From the NCBI GenBank assembly GCA_044358545.1, contig JBIKNS010000001.1, positions 1 to 50,105 on the forward strand: a stretch of DNA of 50,105 nucleotides, read 5' to 3'. This DNA comes from Phycisphaerales bacterium (GTDB lineage Bacteria > Planctomycetota > Phycisphaerae > Phycisphaerales > SM1A02). Shown one piece after another: positions 18,004 through 26,575 of the stretch. The notes under the pieces were generated by a model, which searched no databases, was not told where the DNA came from, and saw only the letters and a list, made by a program, of their open reading frames with translations. Both the position numbers and the translations under genes were made by a program. The stretch's first letter is position 1. Every line of letters begins with the position of its first letter.

Positions 18004-19086
18004 TCAGGGCACCCGTCGCGCACCACGTGTGCGACGCCACGACTCTTCAAGCGATCGGTCGAAGATCGTCGGGTCAAGCCCGCGCACGATCTCGCGCTGG
18101 ATCCGGTCCATCTCGACTCGGTCCACAGCCAGCCGTGCGGTTCGCTCATTGTCTGCGCGTGCAGCCTCGGGTGCCACCGCGTCGCCCGCGATCTCCCCTT
18201 CGCATCGCACGATGATGTACCCGTCGTCGATCAGCACCGGGGCTGAATGCGTGCCGACCTCGATTGCCCAGAGCGCCTCGCGCACGGTGGCAGGCCATGT
18301 GGGGTCGAGTCTCGAGATGGGCGACACGAGCCCGCCTCGGTCGCGGCTTGTGTCGGTGGACAGCGCCGAGGCCACGTCGGAGAACGTCTCTCCGGCGGCG
18401 AGTCGCTCGGTGGCACGCTGAACCGATGCGAGGTCCGCCAGCACGATGATTCGCGCGTTGCGGCGGGGGCCATGCCTCACGTCATGCGCGGTGGCGATCT
18501 CGGCCTCTCCGACGGAGGACTGGTCGCGCGCGAGCATGCGGAGCGCGGCATTGCGCCACAGCAGCGACTTCCACCGCATCGCCCCGAGTCCTTGTGACGC
18601 GCGCAGCGCCTCGAGGAGCTGCGCGGCGCGGGTCGGCTCGGAGGAGAGCGCCTCGCGCGCCATCGACTCCTCCCGTGCAATCGCCAAGTCGTCGACTGTG
18701 AGTTCGCGCCGCGCGAGCTCGGTGCGGAGCGCACGCTCGATCAGCATCTCCTCGAGCACCAGCGCGCCGGCCGCCTCCATCGCGCGCGCGTCGAGCTCTT
18801 CACCCGGGATCGCGTCGTTGCGCCACATCGCCGGAGTGCCGTGCGACGCGCCGTCCGCCGCAGTGCCGCTCGCAGCGCTCGGGTCGCCCGCTGCAGTCGC
18901 GCTCGGGGTGCCACCCGCGTCGGCACGTGGATCTCCCTCGTGTGCGCTGGCCGCCAGCGCGCCGGTGCGCGTTGGCTCAAGCCCACGGCGCGCGCTGCAG
19001 GACATCAATGACGGCAGCATGAGGGCTGCGGCAAGCAGGGCGGCAACTCGGATCGCATCAGTCATTGGGGACATTATCTCGTTCAC
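18004..19086 (-). CDS. Parvulin-type peptidyl-prolyl cis-trans isomerase lipoprotein (SurA/PrsA-like)
   Basis: 360 aa. A signal peptide with a lipobox-like LMSC is present. The C-terminal parvulin domain reads FSDVASALSTDTSRDRGGLVSPISRLDPTWPATVREALWAIEVGTHSAPVLIDDGYIIVRCEGE. The GTG at 19086 overlaps the upstream stop (GTGA). Alternative ATGs lie at 19074 and 19065. Confidence 0.7.
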   Translation of the reverse strand: MNEIMSPMTDAIRVAALLAAALMLPSLMSCSARRGLEPTRTGALAASAHEGDPRADAGGTPSATAAGDPSAASGTAADGASHGTPAMWRNDAIPGEELDARAMEAAGALVLEEMLIERALRTELARRELTVDDLAIAREESMAREALSSEPTRAAQLLEALRASQGLGAMRWKSLLWRNAALRMLARDQSSVGEAEIATAHDVRHGPRRNARIIVLADLASVQRATERLAAGETFSDVASALSTDTSRDRGGLVSPISRLDPTWPATVREALWAIEVGTHSAPVLIDDGYIIVRCEGEIAGDAVAPEAARADNERTARLAVDRVEMDRIQREIVRGLDPTIFDRSLEESWRRTRGARRVP

Positions 19087-21353
19087 TCTGGCTCGAGAGA
19101 CACGAGCGCACCCTGGGGCCCGGTCCAGACGACTCGGCGGCCGGCGCGCATGCCCTCAAGCGCGGAGGGCGTCAGAACGGGGTCGACCCACCCGGACTTG
19201 GTCCACACATCGAGCATCACTTGGTCGATTGCGAGGTGGGTCCATCCCTCTGCGACCAGCAGCTTCGCCGCAGCGCTGCCATCGCCATCGCTGGCGGCGA
19301 GCCCCTGCGCGACGGCGCCGCGGTCCCATACCGAGCACCAGTCAAGCGCCACATCCGGCCGAACCCACGCTGTGGCCGCGAGCCCGACAGACGCGACTCT
19401 CGCGGATGAGGGATCGAGGGCATTGATTGCCTGCACGAGGTTTGCGGGCGTCGTTGGGGAGGCTCTCCGGCCACGCGTCTGGGGGTCAGCCTCTGGGTCG
19501 CGGGCGGTCGTCGGTGCAGGTGCGGTGCCCGCGAGGTCATGTGCTGCACCGATCCAGAGTGCGGCCACGCTCGGGTCGCGTCCATCGCGCAGGAACGCAA
19601 TCGCCGGCTGCGCGCTCCACGCGATCAGCGCGACCGCAAGCAGTGCCGAGTGGCCCACGCGCGGCATCCGTGCAAGCCCGAGTGCCACCAGGACCGCTCC
19701 GGGCACGACAGTCGGCAGCAGGAACCTGCTCTGCAGGTGCGTGGCGACCATCCATGCGACAAGCTGCACGGCGATGATGAGCGTGCAGAGCGCGTCTGGC
19801 GCGCGCACCACGCGTGCTCGCGCCAACCGGATGATCGCCCACGCCAGTGCCACGATCGCCATGACAGGCATCGCCGACCAGAGCGGCCGCCACGCGGCGC
19901 CCTGGGCCGGCGGCGCGCCCCAGCCGAACGCGATCCACTGCTGCCAGAGCGCTGCCCACATGGACGTGCCCTGCGGTGCAGCATGCGCTGCCGCAAACCG
20001 TGCGGACTGCTCTGCGCTCCATGCGCCCGCACCGAGCAGCGGCTCCGCGAATGGAAACAGCGGGTTCCCTGTCTCGAGCCAGTTGCGCATCCACCACGGC
20101 GCAAGCAGTGCGCCGGCGAGCGCGATGCATGCAGCCGCGTCGGTCGAACGAGCCCTAGCGCTGCGTCCGCGCCACAGGAGCAGCGTGCACAGAAGCAGGG
20201 GCATGCCGACAAGAACCGACGCGCTGGGCTTTGCGCCGAACGCAGCCACGGCGAGGAACGAGAGCGCCACGAGTTCGCGCCGCGCAAGCGCGTGTGCCCC
20301 AGCGCCACGCATAAGCAGGCATGTCGCCGCCGCGAGAGCGCACAGCATCAGGGACTCGCTGTACGCCAGGGTTCCAGTGACCGCGAGCCACGGGAGTCCG
20401 AGCACCAGTGCGGATGCCACGGCGGCCGCGCTCGCCGCTGCGCCAGTACCGCTGCCGAGGACCGTGCCCGCACCAGCGGCTGCAACCGGCCCATTCCCCG
20501 CACCGGCCACCCGCATGCCCACATCGACACTGCCCATCGCATGCCGCGCCGCAACACCCGTGCAGAGCGCGGCCACCACCGCCAGCGCAGCATGCAGCAT
20601 CTGCGCACTCACGAACCACGATGATCCCCCGACAGCGCGCCCGCCGCCGAGTGCCCTGATGTGCAGGTACGCGGCTTCCATCCACGATGGCATCCCCGAG
20701 TAGGCGCAGTGCCCGAGCGTCGCGATCCCATCGCCGGCGTGCCACTCCTGGGGCAGCGTCAGGTGGTAGCTGAGCGCGTCGTACGCGCCGAACTCGGTCG
20801 ACCACAGCACGCCAGGCTCGCTCGCGGCAGCCACGACGAGTGCGGGCAGCGCAATGCCAAGCGAGATGGCAAACCACCAGGGGCTCCGCGAGACTTCGCG
20901 AGTGCGCGAATGTCCCTCAGGGCTGGTGGCCGCACCGACACTGGGGCGGTCGGCGAGAAGTTGCCATGAAAGTGCGGCAATCCCCGGCAGCACGAGCGCC
21001 ATTGCCCACACCTGCGAGGCAGGACCGGAGAGCAGTCCAGCCCAGCCTGCGGCCGCATCAAGGGCTGCAATCGAACATGCACCAGTGGCCGCTGCGGCAG
21101 GCCACGCATGTAACGCAGGCCATCCGCATCGCACGGCGAGCCACCGGCCTGCACCGCAGGCCGATGCGATCCAGAGCGCCGCCGGCCACGCCAGCGCGCA
21201 CGCATCCGCGAGGGCAGCGAGGTTCGCCAGCCCGCCGGGCGCGCACGACCCGAGCGCCGCAAGAAGCGCCACGCCCACGGCGAGTGCCATGGGCGTGGAG
21301 AGCGATTCGAGTGGTGTCCGCCCGGCCGCCGCAGCGCGTTCAGCGGGCGGCAT
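19083..21353 (-). CDS. Large polytopic membrane protein; possibly a GT-C-fold (ArnT/PMT-like) glycosyltransferase
   Basis: Track ORF 19083..21410, with the start moved to the ATG at 21353 so that it does not overlap rplT (stop at 21364). There are more than 12 hydrophobic segments, followed by a roughly 200-aa soluble C-terminal domain. The functional guess rests only on overall architecture and an early loop (EFGAYDALSYHL). I saw no diagnostic motif. Confidence 0.45.
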   Translation of the reverse strand: MPPAERAAAAGRTPLESLSTPMALAVGVALLAALGSCAPGGLANLAALADACALAWPAALWIASACGAGRWLAVRCGWPALHAWPAAAATGACSIAALDAAAGWAGLLSGPASQVWAMALVLPGIAALSWQLLADRPSVGAATSPEGHSRTREVSRSPWWFAISLGIALPALVVAAASEPGVLWSTEFGAYDALSYHLTLPQEWHAGDGIATLGHCAYSGMPSWMEAAYLHIRALGGGRAVGGSSWFVSAQMLHAALAVVAALCTGVAARHAMGSVDVGMRVAGAGNGPVAAAGAGTVLGSGTGAAASAAAVASALVLGLPWLAVTGTLAYSESLMLCALAAATCLLMRGAGAHALARRELVALSFLAVAAFGAKPSASVLVGMPLLLCTLLLWRGRSARARSTDAAACIALAGALLAPWWMRNWLETGNPLFPFAEPLLGAGAWSAEQSARFAAAHAAPQGTSMWAALWQQWIAFGWGAPPAQGAAWRPLWSAMPVMAIVALAWAIIRLARARVVRAPDALCTLIIAVQLVAWMVATHLQSRFLLPTVVPGAVLVALGLARMPRVGHSALLAVALIAWSAQPAIAFLRDGRDPSVAALWIGAAHDLAGTAPAPTTARDPEADPQTRGRRASPTTPANLVQAINALDPSSARVASVGLAATAWVRPDVALDWCSVWDRGAVAQGLAASDGDGSAAAKLLVAEGWTHLAIDQVMLDVWTKSGWVDPVLTPSALEGMRAGRRVVWTGPQGALVSLEPE

Positions 21354-21363
21354 TGCCTGGCGC

Positions 21364-21729
21364 TCAGGCGTGCGCGTGCACCGCGCCCTTGGCGAGCGCC
21401 ACCAGCGCATCGAAGGTCGCGGGGTCGCGCACGGCGATCTCGCTCAGCATCTTGCGGTTGAGCACGCAGTTGGCGCGCGCAAGCGCGTGGATGAACTGGC
21501 TGTAGCGCATCCCGCGCATGCGGCATGCGGCAGTGATGCGGATGATCCACAGCGAGCGCATCTCGCGGCGGCGAAGGCGGCGATGACGCCAGGCGTTGCG
21601 ACCGGCGCGAAGCAGCGCGACCTTTGCCTGCTGCTTGTGGCGACTCTTCGTTCCGTAGTAGCCGCGGGCCTCACGGAGAAGGCGGCGACGAGCCTGTGTA
21701 CGGGCGGCTCCCTTGCGTGCGCGTGGCAT
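21364..21729 (-). CDS. rplT: 50S ribosomal protein L20
   Basis: 121 aa. The product begins MPRARKGAARTQARRRLLREARGYYGTKSRHKQQAKVALLRAGRNAWRHRR..., an unmistakable L20 sequence. Confidence 0.95.
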   Translation of the reverse strand: MPRARKGAARTQARRRLLREARGYYGTKSRHKQQAKVALLRAGRNAWRHRRLRRREMRSLWIIRITAACRMRGMRYSQFIHALARANCVLNRKMLSEIAVRDPATFDALVALAKGAVHAHA

Positions 21730-21801
21730 GGATCAATCCTCACTGTTCATCCGGCGGGGCCATCCACATGGATGGGCTTCGTGTCCCGACGGACATGCGT
21801 G

Positions 21802-21824
21802 TGCCGCAACGCGTGGTTGCGGCA
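21802..21824 (-). other. Perfect 9-bp stem / 5-nt loop hairpin in the rpmI-rplT spacer
   Basis: The sequence is tgccgcaac-gcgtg-gttgcggca. It begins 14 nt downstream of the rpmI stop. No U-tract follows it on the transcribed strand, so it is not a canonical intrinsic terminator. Confidence 0.4.
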
Positions 21825-21837
21825 GCCGGCAGCAGCG

Positions 21838-22104
21838 TCAGCTGTTGCCGTCGGAGGCCGCAGCCTCCTTGGCGGCGACTGCCGCCTCATGCTTCTCCTG
21901 CGAACGCAGGGGACGGAAGAGAAGCTTGCCGATGGCACGGAGGTCGCCCGCGCGCATGAAGCGCTTGGTGCGGTAGCTCTGCACGGTCGTGCCGGGCTTG
22001 TTGCTCTTGAGGTGCCGGCTGTGCGGGGCTCCGAACCGGACCTTGCCGGACTTGGTCACCTTGATGCGCTTCAGCAGACCCTTGTGGGACTTGTTCTTGG
22101 GCAT
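21838..22104 (-). CDS. rpmI: 50S ribosomal protein L35, with a roughly 20-aa C-terminal extension
   Basis: 88 aa. The product begins MPKNKSHKGLLKRIKVTKSGKVRFGAPHSRHLKSNK... It sits upstream of rplT, as in the canonical operon. Confidence 0.9.
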   Translation of the reverse strand: MPKNKSHKGLLKRIKVTKSGKVRFGAPHSRHLKSNKPGTTVQSYRTKRFMRAGDLRAIGKLLFRPLRSQEKHEAAVAAKEAAASDGNS

Positions 22105-22270
22105 GGTCGTCTCGCAGGTTGCGCCAGCTCACGCGAATCGCTCGCGCTGTGGCGGGTCGTCAAGTCTACAGCGCCTGCGCCTGCCGTGGAAGGGGGTGGG
22201 ACGTCCATAACCATTCCTGCGCCCGGCTGCGTGGGGATCCTGACTCTCGTCCTTGCCGCTGTCCGGCCGG

Positions 22271-23236
22271 TCAGTGCGCCAGAAAGACCTCGCCAGGACG
22301 CCTCGACATCTGCCGGAGATCGAGCCCTTCCGAGCCATCCCCGAGCTGGAAGAGCCAGATGTTGTCCAGACGCGAGATGCGAGGGTCCCGGAACATCGGG
22401 GTGGTCGTCCACACCGTGCTGCCATCGGTGAACAGCACGTTCTGACCGCGGCTGCCGTGGTTCGAGGAGTTCGCTGATGCGTCCGCATCGCGCTGTCCGC
22501 GGCGCATCGCCTCCACAAGCGGGTTGGCGTCAGACACGATCGGCGTTGCCGGGAGCACCGCAAGCCGGAGCTGCCGAGGGTGCGTGGCGATCCGGTAGCT
22601 GTAGGTGCGCGCGCCGTTGCACTTCGTGCAGCCCGCGACGCAGTAGCCCTTGTGCACGAGGGCGTCGAGCGATCGGTGGTGGCGCGTGAGGTCGTCCGGC
22701 GTGGGATTGCCTGCAGGGCTGAAGAGGGAGCCGAGTCCAGCCATCGCTGGAGCCGAACCCGCGTTGTCGGCCGCATACCCGTGCATCGCGCTGCCGAGCT
22801 TGCGCAGCGAGCTGCTGCACAGCGTCGCAGCGCTTGAGCTCCGGAACTGCTGCGCCATTGGGAACAGCACGCCGACGCCGAGGAAAAGCACCGCAGCCAC
22901 GGCGATCAGCTCGGGAAGCCTAAACGACCGTAGGCGAACGGCTGCAGGCTCCACTCGATTGCGATCGGCACGCTCGGCGTCCGCATCGGCGCGCGCGATA
23001 CGCACCAGCGTCGCATCGACGAGCGTCTCTGACGGTGGCGCGACTGCGTAGTTTGACAGGGGCGACATGGAGCTGCTGAGCCGTTCGATGCGCTCCTTGA
23101 GTTCGGGCGGTGCGCTGTCCACACCGGACATGTCAAAGCCATGCTCGACGAGCCAGTCAAGCGCGCGCTCATCGAGCGGGTGCAGCGCAGCGCCTTCAGG
23201 TCCTGCGGCGGGAATGTGAGGGGGAAGAGTGCTCAT
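22271..23236 (-). CDS. Putative anti-sigma factor fused, through a TM segment, to a DUF1559 / prepilin-like (H-X9-DG type) extracytoplasmic domain
   Basis: Track ORF 22271..23275, with the start set to the ATG at 23236 (MSTLPPHIP), which forms an ATGA overlap with the ECF sigma stop. The N-terminal cytoplasmic part is about 110 aa. Next comes SFRLPELIAVAAVLFLGVGVLFPMAQQFRSSSAATLCSSSLRKLGSAMHGY, which resembles the prepilin/DUF1559 N-terminus as I recall it. Near the C-terminus is NHGSRGQNVLFTDGS. Confidence 0.55.
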   Translation of the reverse strand: MSTLPPHIPAAGPEGAALHPLDERALDWLVEHGFDMSGVDSAPPELKERIERLSSSMSPLSNYAVAPPSETLVDATLVRIARADADAERADRNRVEPAAVRLRSFRLPELIAVAAVLFLGVGVLFPMAQQFRSSSAATLCSSSLRKLGSAMHGYAADNAGSAPAMAGLGSLFSPAGNPTPDDLTRHHRSLDALVHKGYCVAGCTKCNGARTYSYRIATHPRQLRLAVLPATPIVSDANPLVEAMRRGQRDADASANSSNHGSRGQNVLFTDGSTVWTTTPMFRDPRISRLDNIWLFQLGDGSEGLDLRQMSRRPGEVFLAH

Positions 23237-23859
23237 TCGCGGTTGTCCTTGCCTTGCCTTCGTGCGCGGCGCCACCGCTCGGAGAAGAGCGCCACTGCGG
23301 CATGCAGCCTGCTCTTCACCGTGCCCAATGGAATCTGCAGTACCTCCGACATCTGCTGGTAGCTCATGCGCTGGAAGTAGCTCAGCGCCAGGATCTCGCG
23401 GTGATGCTCCGGCAGTTCGTCAACCACCGCCTTCACGGCAGTGGCCTCGTCCTGCACCTCCGCGGGCGCATCGGGTGACGGTCCCCGCGACTCGATCATG
23501 CTCGAGAGCGGAGTTTCGCTGCCACCCGACTCCGACACCGGCGTGGACAGGCTGACCATCGCACGGCGCTTGCGCTTGCGGTGGAAGTCGCGCGCCTTGT
23601 TGGCGGCGATTGTGTAAAGCCACGGCTTGAACTGGCGTTCGGCGTCGAACGTCTCGGCCGAGAGGTGAACCTGCAGGAACGTCTCCTGGAACACGTCGTC
23701 GGCTGCGGCTGACGAGCCCAGAAACCGCGTCAGGAACCCGTGCAGTTCGCCCGAGTGCCTCCGGATGAGGAACTCAAGCGCCCGAGGGTCACCATCGATG
23801 TGGGACTGGAGCAGCGACTCATCCGATCGGTCGTCGTCGGCGGCGCGCACGCGCTCCAT
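23233..23859 (-). CDS. ECF-type RNA polymerase sigma factor (sigma-70 family, regions 2 and 4)
   Basis: Track ORF 23233..24075, trimmed to the ATG at 23859 (MERVRAADDD..., 208 aa). Alternative ATGs lie at 23910 and 23937. Region 2: DVFQETFLQVHLSAETFDAERQFKPWLYTIAANKARDFHRKRKRR. Region 4: LPEHHREILALSYFQRMSYQQMSEVLQIPLGTVKSRLHAA. Confidence 0.85.
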   Translation of the reverse strand: MERVRAADDDRSDESLLQSHIDGDPRALEFLIRRHSGELHGFLTRFLGSSAAADDVFQETFLQVHLSAETFDAERQFKPWLYTIAANKARDFHRKRKRRAMVSLSTPVSESGGSETPLSSMIESRGPSPDAPAEVQDEATAVKAVVDELPEHHREILALSYFQRMSYQQMSEVLQIPLGTVKSRLHAAVALFSERWRRARRQGKDNRE

Positions 23860-24140
23860 CGGAGCGATCCTACTTTGATCTGCGGTGCCTGCCTGCGCGA
23901 TGGCAGGCATGATGCTGGCGGCAACCGAGCAGGCCATACGCCTGAGGCGCAACGCTCCGCGCCGCGGACATGCTGGGGAACGTGCGTGCACAACCGCCGA
24001 GCGGTCGGAACGGTCGTGCCCCGGTCGGGTGCCGCGCGTCCAGTCGTCGCCACAGGTGATGCCAAGCGCCGCCATGACGCTGCTACGACGGGGGCGGGGA
24101 CCGGGTTCGGAGCAATCGACCCTGCTAGCATTCCGACCCC

Positions 24141-25304
24141 ATGCCCGTGCCGATCAGCCAGATGTGGACCGTCGCGACCTACGTGCTGGGGCAGCGCCTC
24201 AAGGGGCGCACCAAGTACCCCCTGGTCCTGATGCTGGAACCCCTGTTCCGCTGCAACCTGGCCTGCGCAGGTTGCGGCAAGATCCAGTATCCGGCCCACA
24301 TCCTCAAGAAGCACCTCTCGGTGGATGAGTGCGTCAGGGCGGTGGAGGAGTGCGGGGCACCGATGGTGTCGATTCCCGGCGGCGAGCCGCTGCTTCACCC
24401 CGACATCGGGCAGATCGTGAAGGAGCTGGTCAAGCGCCGCAAGTACATCTACCTGTGCACGAACGCGCTGCTGCTCAAGGAGCGGCTCGACGAGGGCGTC
24501 TTCACGCCTTCCAAGTACCTCACCTTCAGCGTGCACATGGACGGCCTTGAGGAGAACCACGACTTCGCGGTGTGCCGCGAGGGCACCTACCAGAAGGCCG
24601 TGACGGCGATCCGCCAGGCGGTGAACTCGGGCTTCCGCGTCACGACGAACACGACCTTGTTCGATGGCGCAGACCCCAACGCGGTGCGCGACTTCTTCGA
24701 CGCGATGATGGAGATCGGTGTCGAGGGCATGATGGTCAGCCCCGGATACGCCTACGACAAGGCTCCCGATCAGAAGAGCTTCCTCAAGAGGAAGACGACG
24801 AACGAGCTCTTCGAGATGATCCTCTCCAACCGCCGCGACGGAAGGCGGCGGTGGCGCTTCAACCAGTCTCCGCTCTTCCTCGAGTTCCTCATGGGCAAGC
24901 GCGAGTACGAGTGCACGCCCTGGGGCATGCCGACCTACAACCTCTTCGGATGGCAGAAGCCCTGCTACCTGCTGCAGGAGGGATACGCGGACTCCTTCAG
25001 TGAGCTGATGCGCGACACCCAGTGGGAGAACTACGGTCGCGCGTCGGGAAACCCCAAGTGCGCCAACTGCATGGTGCACAGCGGGTACGAGGCGAGCGCC
25101 GTCAACCACACCTTCGCCAGCTTTGGCGGGCTCTTTGCCACCGTGAAGGCGATGGTCTTCAACGCGTACGCGAACCCGGTCGCGCGGCGCAAGCTTGATG
25201 AGGAGAAGACGCGTCCGCACGGGCCGATCGCGCATCTGGTGCAGCTTGGGTTTGCGACTGACATCGATGCGGCGCGTGGGATGGCCCGCAAGGGCGCGGC
25301 GTGA
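24141..25304 (+). CDS. hpnH: Adenosyl-hopene transferase (hopanoid side-chain radical SAM enzyme HpnH)
   Basis: 387 aa. The product begins MPVPISQMWTVATYVLGQRLKGRTKYPLVLMLEPLFRCNLACAGCGKIQYP, which includes the CX3CX2C radical SAM cluster. The conserved C-terminal Cys-rich region reads GNPKCANCMVHSGYE. Overall it looks like HpnH as I recall the family. Confidence 0.85.
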   Translation: MPVPISQMWTVATYVLGQRLKGRTKYPLVLMLEPLFRCNLACAGCGKIQYPAHILKKHLSVDECVRAVEECGAPMVSIPGGEPLLHPDIGQIVKELVKRRKYIYLCTNALLLKERLDEGVFTPSKYLTFSVHMDGLEENHDFAVCREGTYQKAVTAIRQAVNSGFRVTTNTTLFDGADPNAVRDFFDAMMEIGVEGMMVSPGYAYDKAPDQKSFLKRKTTNELFEMILSNRRDGRRRWRFNQSPLFLEFLMGKREYECTPWGMPTYNLFGWQKPCYLLQEGYADSFSELMRDTQWENYGRASGNPKCANCMVHSGYEASAVNHTFASFGGLFATVKAMVFNAYANPVARRKLDEEKTRPHGPIAHLVQLGFATDIDAARGMARKGAA

Positions 25305-26575
25305 GCTTCAGGTCAGGCTCGATCTCCTGCGTGCGCTGCGCTGTTGCCTCGGGCACGGCGCCGCAGTCGGTGGACGACGCGCTCTTCGAGGCGCTGCAGG
25401 CCAATCGCATCCGGCCCGAGTCTGCGGGGCAGGGCACCGATACCGCTAGCGGTTGGATCGCGGGCCGCCATCTCCTGGACCTGTGGTTCGGGTACGAGGC
25501 CAACGCCTTCGGTGGCTGTCTTCTGGCGTCCATGCGATCCGACACCGCGAAGGTGCCCGCGGGATTGCTGCGCGCCTACCGCGTACTTGCGCTTGACGAG
25601 GCCGCCGGGATCGGCGGCCGGTCGCGCGCGGCGGCAGCTTCAGGCGGCGCAGGCACGGGCGAGCCGCGGCGCGTGACGCGTGCGGACCGTCTCGATGCCA
25701 AGGACCGCGCGGAGCGGCGCGGGCAGGAGGAGCTCTCGCAGGGACTGTGGCGGCGTATCGCGGAGCGACCGTTGCTGTGGGATCTTGCGCTCGGCACCAT
25801 CTGGTCGCCCGTCGGGTCCGACGCTGCGTTCGAGCAGCTGAACACGCTCGTCGACTCGACGTTCGGCTGCCGCATCGAGCGGCAGACTGCGGGTCGTCTT
25901 GCGGCCACCATCCTCAGTGCGCGCGGCCGCTCGCGCAACTTCGATGACCTGCTTCCCTCGGCATTCGTGCCTCCGCCGCAGGGTGTGGCCACCGACGAGG
26001 AGGGTGCGCCGCGCACACTCGGCGCGAACCCTGACGTGCCTTGGGCGACGATCCATCCGGCGGACTGGCTCGGCAACGAGTTCCTTCTGTGGCTCTGGTG
26101 GGCGACCGAGCGCCAGGAGGGAATCGTGGAGACGGAGGAGGGCGAGGTCGCGTTCGTGCTCGAGCGCTCCGTCGACCTGTCGTGCGCGTGGGGCGCCTCG
26201 GGCGAGAGCGCGGTACGCGGTGATGCGCCGACACGCACGCCCGAAGCGGCTCGCGCCCTGCTTTCGGGCAAGTGGCCTCGCAAGGTCGGCATGACGCTGT
26301 CGGCGCAGGGGCGCGCCTACCGCTTCACGCTGCAGGCCGACCGGCTCGAGTGCGCAGGGCTCGCGCTCCCGAAGCCGGAGGAGCCGCCGTCATCGGAGCG
26401 CGTCGCGATCGAGCAGCGAGTGGACTCGTTCCTGACCTTCGACCGCGCACTGGTGTCGCTCTACACGGCATTCCTCGTGCAGCGCACCGCAGACTCGTGG
26501 CCCGCGCAGCGCGACGCGATGAGGACATGGATGCACGAGCGCGCATCGTCGCGCGTGAGCGTCGCGACAAGTTAG
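25301..26575 (+). CDS. Conserved hypothetical protein, possibly RdgC-like (recombination-associated)
   Basis: 424 aa. A GTG start overlaps the hpnH stop by 4 nt. There is loose pattern similarity to RdgC in the N-terminal third (GW..G....L......G......R.D.AKVPAGLL, then a charged KD-rich linker). This comes from memory only and is not diagnostic. Confidence 0.35.
   Translation: MSFRSGSISCVRCAVASGTAPQSVDDALFEALQANRIRPESAGQGTDTASGWIAGRHLLDLWFGYEANAFGGCLLASMRSDTAKVPAGLLRAYRVLALDEAAGIGGRSRAAAASGGAGTGEPRRVTRADRLDAKDRAERRGQEELSQGLWRRIAERPLLWDLALGTIWSPVGSDAAFEQLNTLVDSTFGCRIERQTAGRLAATILSARGRSRNFDDLLPSAFVPPPQGVATDEEGAPRTLGANPDVPWATIHPADWLGNEFLLWLWWATERQEGIVETEEGEVAFVLERSVDLSCAWGASGESAVRGDAPTRTPEAARALLSGKWPRKVGMTLSAQGRAYRFTLQADRLECAGLALPKPEEPPSSERVAIEQRVDSFLTFDRALVSLYTAFLVQRTADSWPAQRDAMRTWMHERASSRVSVATS

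Noticed and set aside
17995-18008. Short inverted repeat CCTGA-gctg-TCAGG between the convergent lptG-like and PPIase genes, considered as a bidirectional terminator.
   Set aside because: The stem is only 5 bp and is made of the two facing stop codons (TGA/TCA). No U/A tracts are present, so it is probably a coincidence of convergent stops.
23860-24140. GGAAC-containing stretch (GGGGAACGTGCG... and TCGGAACGGTCGTGCC) between the ECF sigma gene and hpnH, considered as an ECF-type autoregulated promoter.
   Set aside because: The GGAAC motifs are on the plus strand, facing hpnH rather than the sigma gene. They lack a correctly spaced CGT-type -10 element. I could not support a promoter call by eye.
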